Positions 37,648 to 47,425 are shown, counted from the stretch's first letter. The stretch: 64,000 nt of DNA from Anaerolineales bacterium (GCA_024763275.1 JANTFT010000006.1:1638-65637); one strand, 5' to 3'. Notes: generated by a model not told the origin, from the letters alone. A program made the numbers and translations.

Positions 37648-37676
37648 TTGACGCTGGAGAGGTCTGCCGCTATAAT
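37648..37676 (+). promoter_or_regulatory. near-consensus sigma70 promoter of the TadE/TadG-vWA operon
   Basis: TTGACG (37648-37653), 17-nt spacer, TATAAT (37671-37676). This also argues for the ATG 37702 start. Confidence 0.55.
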
Positions 37677-37701
37677 GAGAATATTAAGCCAGGAAAATGA
37701 T

Positions 37702-38430
37702 ATGAATGGAAAGCGTAAGCCCTCCAGAGGGGATCATACCGGTCAGAGTTTTGTTGAGCTGGCGATAGTACTGCCCCTGCTGCTGTTCCTGCTGATCTCA
37801 TTTGTGGAGATTGGGGCGATCATTTACAACTATCTCTCTCTGCTGGACGTGGTCAGGGAAGCGGCCCGTTTTGCGGCTGACCGCGATCCAGAGGTGCTGA
37901 ACGGGGATATGAGCAACTATCCGATCAGCGCCTGTGAGGACGACGCTCTGCATTATTACCTGGACACTGCCTGTGTGGTAATCGGCACAAACTTCAACAA
38001 GGATATCACCCTCAACCCGGCTACGGATGACATCGCCATCTCGATTTTCACCATCGACAACAATGTGGTGGCGGACCGTAAACCCCATGACGCGGACAGG
38101 GTCTGGTCCCTCTACTCGGATAACTGGACCAAGAACTGTGATGGTTCCTTCCGTTCTAACACACCGTTTTTCCCCCAGCTGCCCGGCGATTCCTGGGTAA
38201 CCTATTCCACCCCGACCGCAGGTCCTGGCACGCCCACTCCAGGAGCGGGCACGGTAGTGCCGGGAGGACCGACCGATAAGGGCATCGTTTTAGTGGAGAT
38301 CTATTACTGCCACCATCAGCTGCTGAATCTGCCGCTGATCAGCAGTCTGATTCCCAACCCGGTCCCGCTGCATGCTTTTGCGGTCATGCCGGCACCTTTA
38401 GCAGCTCCTACAGCGACCCCTCTGCCTTAA
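37702..38430 (+). CDS. TadE-like (Flp-pilus minor pseudopilin-type) protein
   Basis: N-terminus GQSFVELAIVLPLLLFLLISFVEIGAIIY...AAREAARFAA-like is the TadE signature. Pro/Thr/Gly-rich stretch near the C-terminus. Confidence 0.8.
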   Translation: MNGKRKPSRGDHTGQSFVELAIVLPLLLFLLISFVEIGAIIYNYLSLLDVVREAARFAADRDPEVLNGDMSNYPISACEDDALHYYLDTACVVIGTNFNKDITLNPATDDIAISIFTIDNNVVADRKPHDADRVWSLYSDNWTKNCDGSFRSNTPFFPQLPGDSWVTYSTPTAGPGTPTPGAGTVVPGGPTDKGIVLVEIYYCHHQLLNLPLISSLIPNPVPLHAFAVMPAPLAAPTATPLP

Positions 38431-38446
38431 GGCAAAGCAGGTTCTT

Positions 38447-40087
38447 ATGAAAAAAAAGAAATCAGGACATCAAAGAGCGATCTTTTCCATCTTCTCTCAT
38501 AAGCTGGATCTCATCCACCGGGGGAGCACCCGGGAGCGGGGACAGGCGCTGGTGATCACCGCTGTGGCCTTCATGGCCATGCTGGCTTTTGCCGGGTTGG
38601 TGACGGACGCCGGCACCCTCTACCTGAATTTCACCCGCTTGAAAAGAGGCCTGGACTCCGCAGCTGTGGCAGCTGCCAACCAGATCCGGGACTCGTCCCT
38701 GCCAGCTGCCCAGCGCAAAGCCCTGATCCGGGAGTCCGCCCGGGAGATGCTGATGTTGAACAATGTCAGCGATATTTACTCCCTGGAAACCTACATCTGT
38801 GAGGACACCGGCATCCCGGCCGCTTTTGCTTCAATATGCCCTGCCTCTGGGGAGGATAAGCGCAAGCTGGCCTGGATCCAGGCTACCCAGAACAGCCCGG
38901 TGTATTTCCTGAGTCTGTTTGGCATAAACTCTATTCCCATCACCACCCATTCGATCGGTGAAGCTGCTTCTATTGATGTGGTGCTGGTAATTGATACTTC
39001 CGAGTCGATGGCCAGTGCAACCTCAGGCTATGACGCTAACTTTGACCCCTCGGCCTGCAACGCGGCCAACAACTGCCAGCCGCTGTTGGCTGCTAAAGAA
39101 GCGGCTAAAGCCATGGTTGATAAATTATTCGATGGTTACGACCGCGTTGCGGTGGTGACCTTTGATTTTAGCGCCACCATCCATGACCCTGATCTTTCGA
39201 CAAGTGACCTTTTGGAATCGGATCATACAGCAGTCAAAGCTGCCATTGACGCCATCCAGCTGCACGATGACACGGATCTGAATGACATTATCGCCACTGG
39301 TAAAAATCCCCTGGCGGGAGAGCTGAACCCGCTCGATATCGATGGGGATGGCACCTACGTGAGCGGCGTTCCGACAGGGTTTGGAGATGCCATTGTATCT
39401 ACCTGCACCGGATGTGGGGTGCGAGTTGCTGGGGATATCCTCAAAGCCCAGGGCCGGGTAGACAGTGTCTGGGTAATTGTACTGCTGTCAGATGGAGCTA
39501 CGAATGTGAGCGATCTGCCTGACGCTTCCGATGCCAATAATCCAGTCCCGGCTGGTTATATCAACGGTTTTTGCGGCGGAAACCCAGCCTTCCCCAGCCC
39601 AAACCGCATGTGGGATAAACCCTGGTGCACAGACAGCGATCCATCTACGCGCCACTGCGGGCCATTCCACGCCAACGCCGGGGAATGCCCTCCGGGTGCT
39701 GTCTGGGTAGGAAACAACACTCCTCCTTACGATGTGGAGGATTATGCCCGGGACATCACCGACCGGGTGGCTTTGCTGTATTCCACTAACAGCAACGAAC
39801 CCACTGGCGGTGAGGAAATCGCTATCTATACGATCGGGCTGGGAGTTGCAGCGGCTCCTCCTGATTATGACGGCGAGGAGATGCTGCGCTATATAGCCAA
39901 TATCGGGGACGACAACTTCCGCAACCCAATTCCGGACGACCCGACGGACGCTTATCCGCCCGATCCCTGTGACGGCGTCGCTCCTCAAACCTCCTGCGGC
40001 CAGTATTATTACGCTCCCAGCGGGGCATATTTGACCCAGATCTTCGAAAAAATTGCCGGGAGCATTTTCACCCGGATCACCCAGTAG
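38447..40087 (+). CDS. TadG-like N-terminal domain + von Willebrand factor A domain protein
   Basis: ERGQALVITAVAFMAMLAFAGLVTDAGTLYL (TadG/Tad_N-like). vWA MIDAS motif VVLVIDTSESM, with later LLSDGATN. Confidence 0.85.
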   Translation: MKKKKSGHQRAIFSIFSHKLDLIHRGSTRERGQALVITAVAFMAMLAFAGLVTDAGTLYLNFTRLKRGLDSAAVAAANQIRDSSLPAAQRKALIRESAREMLMLNNVSDIYSLETYICEDTGIPAAFASICPASGEDKRKLAWIQATQNSPVYFLSLFGINSIPITTHSIGEAASIDVVLVIDTSESMASATSGYDANFDPSACNAANNCQPLLAAKEAAKAMVDKLFDGYDRVAVVTFDFSATIHDPDLSTSDLLESDHTAVKAAIDAIQLHDDTDLNDIIATGKNPLAGELNPLDIDGDGTYVSGVPTGFGDAIVSTCTGCGVRVAGDILKAQGRVDSVWVIVLLSDGATNVSDLPDASDANNPVPAGYINGFCGGNPAFPSPNRMWDKPWCTDSDPSTRHCGPFHANAGECPPGAVWVGNNTPPYDVEDYARDITDRVALLYSTNSNEPTGGEEIAIYTIGLGVAAAPPDYDGEEMLRYIANIGDDNFRNPIPDDPTDAYPPDPCDGVAPQTSCGQYYYAPSGAYLTQIFEKIAGSIFTRITQ

Positions 40088-40099
40088 TACAGCACTTTC

Positions 40100-40140
40100 C
40101 TAACAGAATTGTTAACTTTTAGGCAGTTTTATGTTATACT
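40100..40140 (+). promoter_or_regulatory. variant copy of the locus-specific inverted-repeat/promoter element
   Basis: CTAACA-GAAT-TGTTAA (40100-40115) overlapping a TTAACT -35, then the extended -10 TGTTATACT (40132-40140), 33 nt before ATG 40173. Confidence 0.5.
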
Positions 40141-40172
40141 GGCTGTACTCATTTAAAGGGAACGAGTGAAAA

Positions 40173-42284
40173 ATGGCAGTGGGGCGGGTAGCTCACTCTA
40201 AAACCAGAGGGCGGGGCCAGGCGATTGTGGAATTTGTGATTGCCCTGCCGATCCTGCTTTTCGTGATTTTCGGCATCATCGAATTTGCCCGGATGGTCTT
40301 TGCCTGGATGGCGGTCCAGAACGCGGCCCGCTTTGGCATCCGTTATGCGGTGACCGGTGAGTACGATGAGGCTTACTGCGTTGAGGCCGGCAACCTGCTG
40401 GGTGCCGCTTATGTCAACGCCGATACCGATGGGGGTGATCCCCAGGACTGCCAGATTCCCGATTCCTATACCGGGGCCGATAAAGCCGATAAGGAGCGCG
40501 AGCTGATCGATATGGCCCGCCTGTTCTCGATCCGAGATGTCGCTGTGGGGGGAGGGACCGGGCTGTGGCTGCGTCCCAGCGTTTCTGGCAATTATGAACA
40601 GTACCTGGGCTTGCACAATGCCGCGTTTATAGGCCTGCCTGACGAGACCGGGTTTTACCATATCACGGTTTGCAGCAACCGCAGCGGGCAGTACGCCATG
40701 GATTACGGCAATTACGCCATCCCGCTTTGCAAGGATGTGGCTAGCGGCGTGTTAATGGATGATGCTGGCGGCCCGGGCGACCGGGTCAAAGTCCACGTGG
40801 AGCACCGCCATCCCCTGTTCCTGCCGCTGCTCTCCAATATCTGGCCTTCGGTCAGCCTGAACGCAGAGCGCGACGGCATCGTCGAAAAATTCCGCACCTC
40901 GCGCTCCCTGGGCGTATCCGGCCCCATCCTTTCGGCGCCCACCTGGACCCAGACGCCCACCATCACGCTCACGCCTACCATCACCTACACCCCTACAGAG
41001 ACCTATACGCCGACTCCTACCGCCACGGACATTCCGGTGGATTGCGACCTGATCGATATCGATTACAGCTTCATAGGGGATTACGGGGGGGGGTTCTTTG
41101 GCGCTCTGGTCAGGATTCGCAACAACAATCCCGTGCCCATCCACCTCTTCCAGGCGGATGTGGGCTGGGATCTGATTCCCCCCAGCCGCTATCTGTGGGC
41201 CATGCAGTTCAATTTGAGTCCCTGGGAGATCTTGGATGATTTCTCTCCTCCCACCAGCTGGGTGCCACATCCCCCGGTGGCGATGGCTGCAGGAGGACTG
41301 GGCGATTATGTGGCTCTCTTCAAGCCGGTCGCAGAACCCGTCCAGGGTGTGACCACGGTGAACCTGACCTTTGAGGATGGCTGTACAAAAGGCATCACAG
41401 CCAACCTGCCCACATCCACAGCTACCCTGACCCCGACCATCACCGACACGCCCACGGTGACCCCCACGCCGGACTGTTCACAGTACAGCATGTCAGCTTT
41501 CACCTTCCAGAACTACGCCATCCAGCGCTTAACGGTCTCCAACAGCGATGTTGTCGATGCCCGGGTGAGCTCCATCCAGCTGGACTGGAGCTATGCCGAG
41601 AATTTCGGGGCCGTGAATGGTTATCCCAACCTGAACGTCGACTGGTTCAGATGGGACAGCAGCTATTTCCATCTGGGAGGCAACGGCGACGGGAATATCG
41701 ACTCGAGTTCCCCCACCAGCTGGAGCGGATCCCTGCCCTTTGACAGCGGGGACAGCTATTCCTGGTCTCTGGATTTTGACAGCGATTGGGGCGGAGGCGG
41801 GCCGCTCTCTGGCGTGGTAAGCAGTGATTTTGGCGTGATCATCAATTTTGACAATGGCTGCCAGCTGCGGCGGGACGCGATACCCCGGCCGATCCATTCC
41901 TGGACGCCCTCTCCAACTCCCACAGCCAGTTTAACGGCAACACCCCCGCCGCCTCCCACTGACACCCCGCTACCCAGCAACACGCCGACGGCCAGCAACA
42001 CTCCGCCGCCCAGCAGCACGCCGACGACCACCTACACGCCGACCATCACCCCGTCACCCACGAGAACCCCGGTGCCATCTGCCACGCCGCTGCCAACCAA
42101 CACCCTCCCGCCTCCTACAAGGACGAACACGCCAATCCCGAGTTTTACACCGGTTCCTACCAACACTTATACGCCGGTGCCGACGCATTCACCGACGCCG
42201 ACGCCGATACCCACCTGGACTCCAGCCTGTCCCTTCGATGATCCCAACTGGCCCTGCCAGCCAACCTGGACGCCCACGCCGTAG
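40173..42284 (+). CDS. TadE-domain, Pro/Thr-linker-rich secreted/surface protein, paralog 1 (703 aa)
   Basis: N-terminus GQAIVEFVIALPILLFVIFGIIEFARMVFAWMAVQNAARFGIRYAVTGE. Three PT-rich linkers separate two unknown ~120-140-aa domains. C-terminal motif TWTPACPFDDPNWPCQPTWTPTP. Confidence 0.85.
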   Translation: MAVGRVAHSKTRGRGQAIVEFVIALPILLFVIFGIIEFARMVFAWMAVQNAARFGIRYAVTGEYDEAYCVEAGNLLGAAYVNADTDGGDPQDCQIPDSYTGADKADKERELIDMARLFSIRDVAVGGGTGLWLRPSVSGNYEQYLGLHNAAFIGLPDETGFYHITVCSNRSGQYAMDYGNYAIPLCKDVASGVLMDDAGGPGDRVKVHVEHRHPLFLPLLSNIWPSVSLNAERDGIVEKFRTSRSLGVSGPILSAPTWTQTPTITLTPTITYTPTETYTPTPTATDIPVDCDLIDIDYSFIGDYGGGFFGALVRIRNNNPVPIHLFQADVGWDLIPPSRYLWAMQFNLSPWEILDDFSPPTSWVPHPPVAMAAGGLGDYVALFKPVAEPVQGVTTVNLTFEDGCTKGITANLPTSTATLTPTITDTPTVTPTPDCSQYSMSAFTFQNYAIQRLTVSNSDVVDARVSSIQLDWSYAENFGAVNGYPNLNVDWFRWDSSYFHLGGNGDGNIDSSSPTSWSGSLPFDSGDSYSWSLDFDSDWGGGGPLSGVVSSDFGVIINFDNGCQLRRDAIPRPIHSWTPSPTPTASLTATPPPPPTDTPLPSNTPTASNTPPPSSTPTTTYTPTITPSPTRTPVPSATPLPTNTLPPPTRTNTPIPSFTPVPTNTYTPVPTHSPTPTPIPTWTPACPFDDPNWPCQPTWTPTP

Positions 42285-42337
42285 AATTGAGGTCATCCTC
42301 CTCAGGTAATAAAACGAAAGTCATCCAAGAAAATTTT

Positions 42338-42371
42338 ACTGACGCCTCCTTATTCCAGGCGTCAGTTTTTG
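42338..42371 (+). terminator. intrinsic terminator after paralog 1
   Basis: ACTGACGCCT-(9 nt)-AGGCGTCAGT followed by TTTTGA. Confidence 0.7.
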
Positions 42372-42564
42372 ATTCGCAGGGAACTGGACATCCCCGCCAG
42401 GGTAACAGCTGAAAACAGCCTGTCAGGAACATACGGGATCGGACATGCCGTAACATACTGTTAGCCGAAAAGCTCAATAAATAGCTCATATACCCCTTGA
42501 GTGTATACAAAATATGACAGTTAGGTTATTGGGCAGTAAAACTAAGCTAAATTTGCCCTCTCCC

Positions 42565-42618
42565 CTAACAGGGTTGTTAGTTTAAGACCCTTGCGGGAAA
42601 TGCACCCGATGCTACACT
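42565..42618 (+). promoter_or_regulatory. locus-specific inverted repeat + promoter module (copy B)
   Basis: CTAACAGGGTTGTTAGTTTA, then TTGCGG (-35, 42591-42596), 16 nt, TGCTACACT (42610-42618). Confidence 0.6.
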
Positions 42619-42643
42619 GATAGCGAAGGATAACCTGAAACGT

Positions 42644-43054
42644 ATGGCAGCTACCAGAGGGCAAAGGAAGAAGCTCATGACCAAGAGAAAACGCACCAAA
42701 TACCAGATTATCGGGCTGATCTCACTCTCCCTGATCATCGCCGCGGCCACCTACGGCTTTGCCGAAGTTAACACCTTTGGGACCGCCGGCCTGCTGGGGG
42801 CGGACTACGGGGTGCTGTCCGATTACCAGGTTTCCAGGATCTCCTACACCCTTGACGAAGCGGACCCCACCACTTTTGTGGCGGTAAGTTTCCAGCTTGA
42901 TGGGCAGCCTGGATCGGTAAATGCAGGAATTTCCGAAACCAGGACAAGTCACGTCATCTGGGCTGACAGTTGCGAATCCACCGGCTCCAACTGGATCTGT
43001 GCTTTCGACAGCAGCATCGATGTCCTGGCGGCCGATTGGCTGCACGTTCAGTGA
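42644..43054 (+). CDS. small secreted protein, paralog S1 (SipW-type-like signal region)
   Basis: Basic N-terminus, hydrophobic core IIGLISLSLIIAAATYGFAEVN, then ..YQVSRISYTLDEADPTTFVAVSFQLD..C..NWIC..LHVQ. Clear paralog of 47544-47921. ATG 42677 (behind AAGGAAG) is an alternative start. Confidence 0.7.
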   Translation: MAATRGQRKKLMTKRKRTKYQIIGLISLSLIIAAATYGFAEVNTFGTAGLLGADYGVLSDYQVSRISYTLDEADPTTFVAVSFQLDGQPGSVNAGISETRTSHVIWADSCESTGSNWICAFDSSIDVLAADWLHVQ

Positions 43055-43096
43055 ATTTTTCAAGACAGTAATTTTTTACCGGTATTAGAAAACATT

Positions 43097-43135
43097 AAAG
43101 AGGCGTGGATGATCTGCTATCCACGCCTTTTGCTT
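43097..43135 (+). terminator. intrinsic terminator after S1
   Basis: AAAGAGGCGTGGAT-(8 nt)-ATCCACGCCTTTT followed by GCTT. Confidence 0.65.
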
Positions 43136-43504
43136 GTGGAAGATTAATCAGAAGAGCGGTTCCCTGCCAGTACCAGACAACAACCACAGCCAGGGACAGT
43201 GATTCGGGATCGGATTGCATCGCCGCAGCTGTTTCCGGGGAGGGGAGGTCCCCGGGATTTCCTAAACACCGATGAGTATCCTGGCACAGATGGCAGTGGC
43301 AGAGAACGGGAACTGAGCGATCTGGTCTGGACACCTCCTCGCCGACTGAGCTCCTGTTCAGCCGGTACCTTTTATTAAGACCTGGAAAATCGTCCAGAAC
43401 AACCAAGGAATGAGGTTTGCATGAAAGCCTAACAGAGTTGTCAGGCTTTTTATCTGCGCCCCCGTAGAGAGGAATGCCGGACCAGCGAGAGAAAAGGCCT
43501 TCTT

Positions 43505-43558
43505 CTAACAGGATTGTTAGGTTAACTGCCTTGAATAACCTCCCCCTGATGCTACACT
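43505..43558 (+). promoter_or_regulatory. locus-specific inverted repeat + promoter module (copy C)
   Basis: CTAACAGGATTGTTAGGTTA, TTGAAT (43531-43536), 16 nt, TGCTACACT (43550-43558). Spacing is identical to copies B and D. Confidence 0.6.
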
Positions 43559-43659
43559 GGTTTTACCCTGCCTGGGCATGATTGGTGGGGAATCAGGGAA
43601 ATATCCACTGGCGAAGGACTTCAGCGAGAGTATCCAGACGGTGGGTGTTTCCAGCACAT

Positions 43660-45771
43660 ATGTTACTAAAAAACACAGCACAGCCCAAACGGACCGGCCA
43701 GTCGATGGTGGAGTTCATGCTGGCTCTACCGGTCCTGCTGTTTGTGATCTTTGGGATCATCGAATTCGCCCGCATGGTATTTGCCTGGATGGCGGTCCAG
43801 AATGCTGCCAGGTTCGGGATCCGCTATGCGGTCACCGGTGAGTTCAACGATATTTACTGCGTCCCGGCTGGAGCCATGCTGGGATTGGATTATGTAGCCG
43901 CCGATACTTTTAACGGTGACCCTCAGGACTGCCGGGTGCCCAATGATTATACTGGAGCGGATGGCACCGACATCGAGCGGGAATTGACCGACCTGGCCCG
44001 CCTGTATTCCATTCAGGATGCCGCTGAAGGGGGAGGGACAGGCCTGTGGTTCGAGCCTGCTGTTTCGGGGGATTATTCCCAGTACCTTTCCATGCATGAC
44101 CCGACCTTCATCGGCCAGGCTGATCAGCGGGGTTTCATCAATGTCACCGTATGCAGCAACCGCAACAACCAGTATGTGGTGGATTACTTCAATTATGACG
44201 TACCCCTCTGCTACGACAGCCTCGGACCTTTCTTGATGGATGACGCCGGGGGCCCGGGGGACCGGGTCAAAGTCCGGGTGGATCACACCCATCCCCTGCT
44301 GCTGCCGATCATCAGCAACATCTGGCCCACGGTCCATATCAACGCAGAGCGGGACGGCATCGTCGAGAAATTCCGCACCTCCCGGGTGCTGGGAGTTTCC
44401 GGCCCGATCCTTTCCGCGCCTACCTGGACGCAAACCCCAACGGTTACCAATACGCCGACCATCACTCAGACACCCACACCTTCGTTGACGCCAACCTCGA
44501 CCAACACCCCCATTCCGGTGGATTGCGACCAGATCACGGTCACCAACAGCTACGTCGGGCACTGGGTGTCCGGGTATTACATTCAATCAGTGGACATCCG
44601 CAACGACAATCCGGTTGACATCCACTTCCTTTCCGCCAATCAGGTCTGGCAGAAAGACCCCGCTGAGCGCTCGATATATGCCATGCGCTTTGATTCCAGC
44701 GGCTGGTACATGATGTATGATGGCGTCCCCGATACTACCTTTACGCCTTCTTCCCCGGTGACCATGGCGCCCGGGGCGACCGGCCAGTACATCGCTCTCT
44801 TCCTCCCTCGCTACGCTCCGGTTGTAGGCCTGACTTCTGCATCTCTGACGTTCGATGACGGCTGTGTCAAAGGCGCCTCTGTGGACATTCCCACCCCGAC
44901 CTTGACGCCCACGCCCAACTGCGATTACACATTGAGCGTCTTTGACTTCCACAACAGCCACCAGCAGGAGATTATGGTCACCAACAACGACCCCTGGAAT
45001 GACACCCGGGTGACGCGCATCCGCTTTGACTGGATCTACACCCAGCAGTGGGGCGCGGCAAACGGCTGGTCCGGTCTGGTACTGGACTGGATGAGCTGGA
45101 ACGGCGCCAGCGCCTGGGGAAATGGGGATAGTGCTCCGATCGATGTCCTGGCCATCACTGATACCCAGTCAGATTCTCCGGGAACCTGGCGGGGCCCACT
45201 GCAGTTCAACCACGGCAACTCTTATGCCCTGCGTTTCGATTTTGACGGTGGACCGGGAAATGGATCGCTCCCCAACGTGCACGCGGAGGATTTCGGGCTG
45301 TTCATCGATTTCGAAGATGGCTGTACGCTGTACCAGCCCTCCATACACAAGGGACTGGTAACCTGGACGCCGACCGCTACCCCGCTGCCTTCCAACACTC
45401 CCACGCCGACGCCCACCGGCACAGCTACCAACACGGCCCTGCCGCCCACGGACACGCCGATCCCATCCGCTACCGGGACGCCAACGATCACACCCAAACC
45501 CAGTAAAACACCAAAAAAGTCCCCCACACCGACCCCCTCGCGGACCCCGCTGCCCACCAGCACGCCGACCGTCGGGTTCACTCCCCTGCCTACCAGCACG
45601 CCGATCACACCAACAGCGACCCGAACGCCGGTTCCGACGATCAGCAATACCAATACTCCCACTCCCATACCCCCTACGCCAACCAACACCCCGATCCCGA
45701 CCTGGACCCCGGCCTGCCCGTTTGATGATCCCAACTGGCCCTGCCAGCCAACCTGGACGCCAACTCCTTAA
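43660..45771 (+). CDS. TadE-domain, Pro/Thr-linker-rich secreted/surface protein, paralog 2
   Basis: GQSMVEFMLALPVLLFVIFGIIEFARMVFAWMAVQNAARFGIRYAVTGE. Same domain/linker order and identical C-terminal TWTPACPFDDPNWPCQPTWTPTP. ATG 43660 chosen by alignment to paralog 1 (track start 43582). Confidence 0.85.
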   Translation: MLLKNTAQPKRTGQSMVEFMLALPVLLFVIFGIIEFARMVFAWMAVQNAARFGIRYAVTGEFNDIYCVPAGAMLGLDYVAADTFNGDPQDCRVPNDYTGADGTDIERELTDLARLYSIQDAAEGGGTGLWFEPAVSGDYSQYLSMHDPTFIGQADQRGFINVTVCSNRNNQYVVDYFNYDVPLCYDSLGPFLMDDAGGPGDRVKVRVDHTHPLLLPIISNIWPTVHINAERDGIVEKFRTSRVLGVSGPILSAPTWTQTPTVTNTPTITQTPTPSLTPTSTNTPIPVDCDQITVTNSYVGHWVSGYYIQSVDIRNDNPVDIHFLSANQVWQKDPAERSIYAMRFDSSGWYMMYDGVPDTTFTPSSPVTMAPGATGQYIALFLPRYAPVVGLTSASLTFDDGCVKGASVDIPTPTLTPTPNCDYTLSVFDFHNSHQQEIMVTNNDPWNDTRVTRIRFDWIYTQQWGAANGWSGLVLDWMSWNGASAWGNGDSAPIDVLAITDTQSDSPGTWRGPLQFNHGNSYALRFDFDGGPGNGSLPNVHAEDFGLFIDFEDGCTLYQPSIHKGLVTWTPTATPLPSNTPTPTPTGTATNTALPPTDTPIPSATGTPTITPKPSKTPKKSPTPTPSRTPLPTSTPTVGFTPLPTSTPITPTATRTPVPTISNTNTPTPIPPTPTNTPIPTWTPACPFDDPNWPCQPTWTPTP

Positions 45772-45953
45772 ATTAACTCCGATTATATAGAATATTAATC
45801 TGATATAAACTCTTCAGACTGTTTATGGTATTCCTGCGGAGGCGCTTCAACCGAGTGAAACTCCCAAGAAGTCCATCAATAAATCCCTTTCCTGCCCTCC
45901 AATAACTGATCCAGATGTTATGTTAGGATCAGAATATAGAGGAGGCAGATAAG

Positions 45954-47010
45954 ATGACGAAGCGCATACACTAGACGCCAGGGCAGATCATCACCAAATT
46001 GCATGAAGCTGAGGTGCATCTCAGCCAGGGAAAAACAGTCGGTCAAGCCTGCAAAGCCCTGGGGAGCAGCGAGGGGACCTGCTACCGCTGGCGCAGGGAA
46101 TACGGGGGAATGGACCTCACCCAGGCCAGGAAGCTCAAAGAAATGGAAAAAGAGCATATCCGGCTGAAGAAGCTGGTGACGGACCTCTCTTTGGACAATG
46201 CCATTCTTAAAGAAGTGCTGGATGTGTCTGAGCGCAGAGCCTGTCGGGTGGTGGGACAACCGCGATCAACCCAGAGATATCATAAACAGCCAGCCGATGA
46301 TGAGGAATTCCTGACCGCAAGGATCATTGAGCTGGCCAGCCAGTACGGCCGCTTCGGCTACCGCAGGGTGGCCGCCCTGCTGCGCAACGAGAGCTGGATA
46401 GAACGAGTACAAATCACACACGGGTGGAGCAGATATGGCGTGGGGAGGGGCTGAAAGTCCCTCAGAAACAGCCTGAACGAGGGAGGCTGTGGCTCTATGA
46501 TGGCTCTGTAGTCCGCCTGAAACCGCTCTTCCCGCCCCATTTCTCGAGCTACGATTTCATGCAGGCCAGGACCCACACCGGGGTGCCCTTTCGGATCCTG
46601 GACTGACCTGCGAGCATTCCCGGGAATGTCTGACATCCAGGGTAGCCAGAAAACTTACCCAGCATGATGTCCGGGCTGTTTTGACCAGGTTGTTCATCCA
46701 GAAAGGAGTGCCGGTCCACATCCGCTCGGACAACGGCGCTGAGTTCACCGCCAAGCGGGTGGGCGGCTGGCTGTCCAACTAGCAGGTCAAGCCGTTGTTA
46801 ATTGAGCCGGGCAGTCCCTGGGAAAATGGCTATATTGAATCCTTCAATGGAAAAATGAGAGACGAATTGTTGAAGGGAGAGATCTTTTACACTTTGAAAG
46901 AGGCTTAGATAATGATCGAGAAGTGCAGGAAGGAGTACAACACGGTCAAGCCGCACAGTGCCTTAGGTTACCGGCCCCCAGTCCCCCAAGTGATCATGGC
47001 AATTTCAACT
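45954..47010 (+). pseudogene. decayed IS3-family insertion sequence (orfA/orfB transposase remnants)
   Basis: MTKRIH*TPGQIITKLHEAEVHLSQGKTV..CYRWRREYGGM..LKEMEKEHIRLKKLVTDLSLDNAILKE (orfA-like, with an early TAG). orfB-like pieces lie in different frames and carry in-frame stops (EGLKVPQKQPERGRLW; HIRSDNGAEFTAKRV..WLSN*..IEPGSPWENGYIESFNGKMRDELL..; YNTVKPHSALGYRPP). Confidence 0.8.
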
Positions 47011-47425
47011 GGTTGGACTAACATAAGGAGTGGTACATATAAAGAGGGCATGTCAACGCGAACCTCCTCGGATGCTCCAGTATCGTCTCGCATGTCCGAT
47101 CCGACAAATACACCACGTCACGACTACAAACCGATACGCCCACAGCAACACCGGATACTTCTGGGCCGACCACATAGCCGCTGCCAACTCTACCCTAATT
47201 CTTTGCATGAAAGAGTGCAGAAAACGATGGAAAGCTTATAAGCGCCTTTTGATCTGGGTACCCTTTTCATGATGAGGCTATCAAAAATCAGAAACTTTTC
47301 GAGCCTTGAAAAGGATCACTTTGCCTGCCGCGATGTATTTTATAAGCTGACCTTTCAGGATTGTTAGCCGTTTTAGAGGACAAAACACGGGAAAAATCAC
47401 GCTATTCAACTAAAACTGGCCAAAC

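Noticed and set aside
41900-42230. Highly repetitive ACN/CCN-rich DNA (also 45360-45700), considered as a tandem repeat or CRISPR-like array
   Set aside because: It is in-frame coding for Pro/Thr linkers with no fixed-length repeat/spacer periodicity. This is low-complexity coding sequence, not a CRISPR array or satellite.
43095-43406. 103-aa minus-strand ORF in the S1/TadE-PT2 intergenic region
   Set aside because: No RBS, motif or paralog. It overlaps the S1 terminator hairpin. Left unannotated, though a small gene cannot be excluded.
43421-43450. GAAAGCCT-AACAGAGTTGTC-AGGCTTTTT hairpin containing a CTAACAGAGTTGTCAG motif-like sequence
   Set aside because: It could be a second terminator or a degenerate copy of the locus operator. 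I cannot tell which from sequence alone, so it is mentioned under the motif finding rather than annotated.
40752-44586. Minus-strand ORFs inside the two TadE-PT genes (40752-41270, 41529-41897, 43726-44586 and others)
   Set aside because: All are antisense to the paralogous + strand genes, whose conservation pattern (protein-level identity with synonymous DNA differences) shows the + frame is the selected one.
46912-47272. ORFs 46912-47241 and 47030-47272 downstream of the IS remnant
   Set aside because: The first ~33 codons are the tail of the decayed transposase (YNTVKPHSALGYRPP). The remainder has no support and reads like non-coding sequence.
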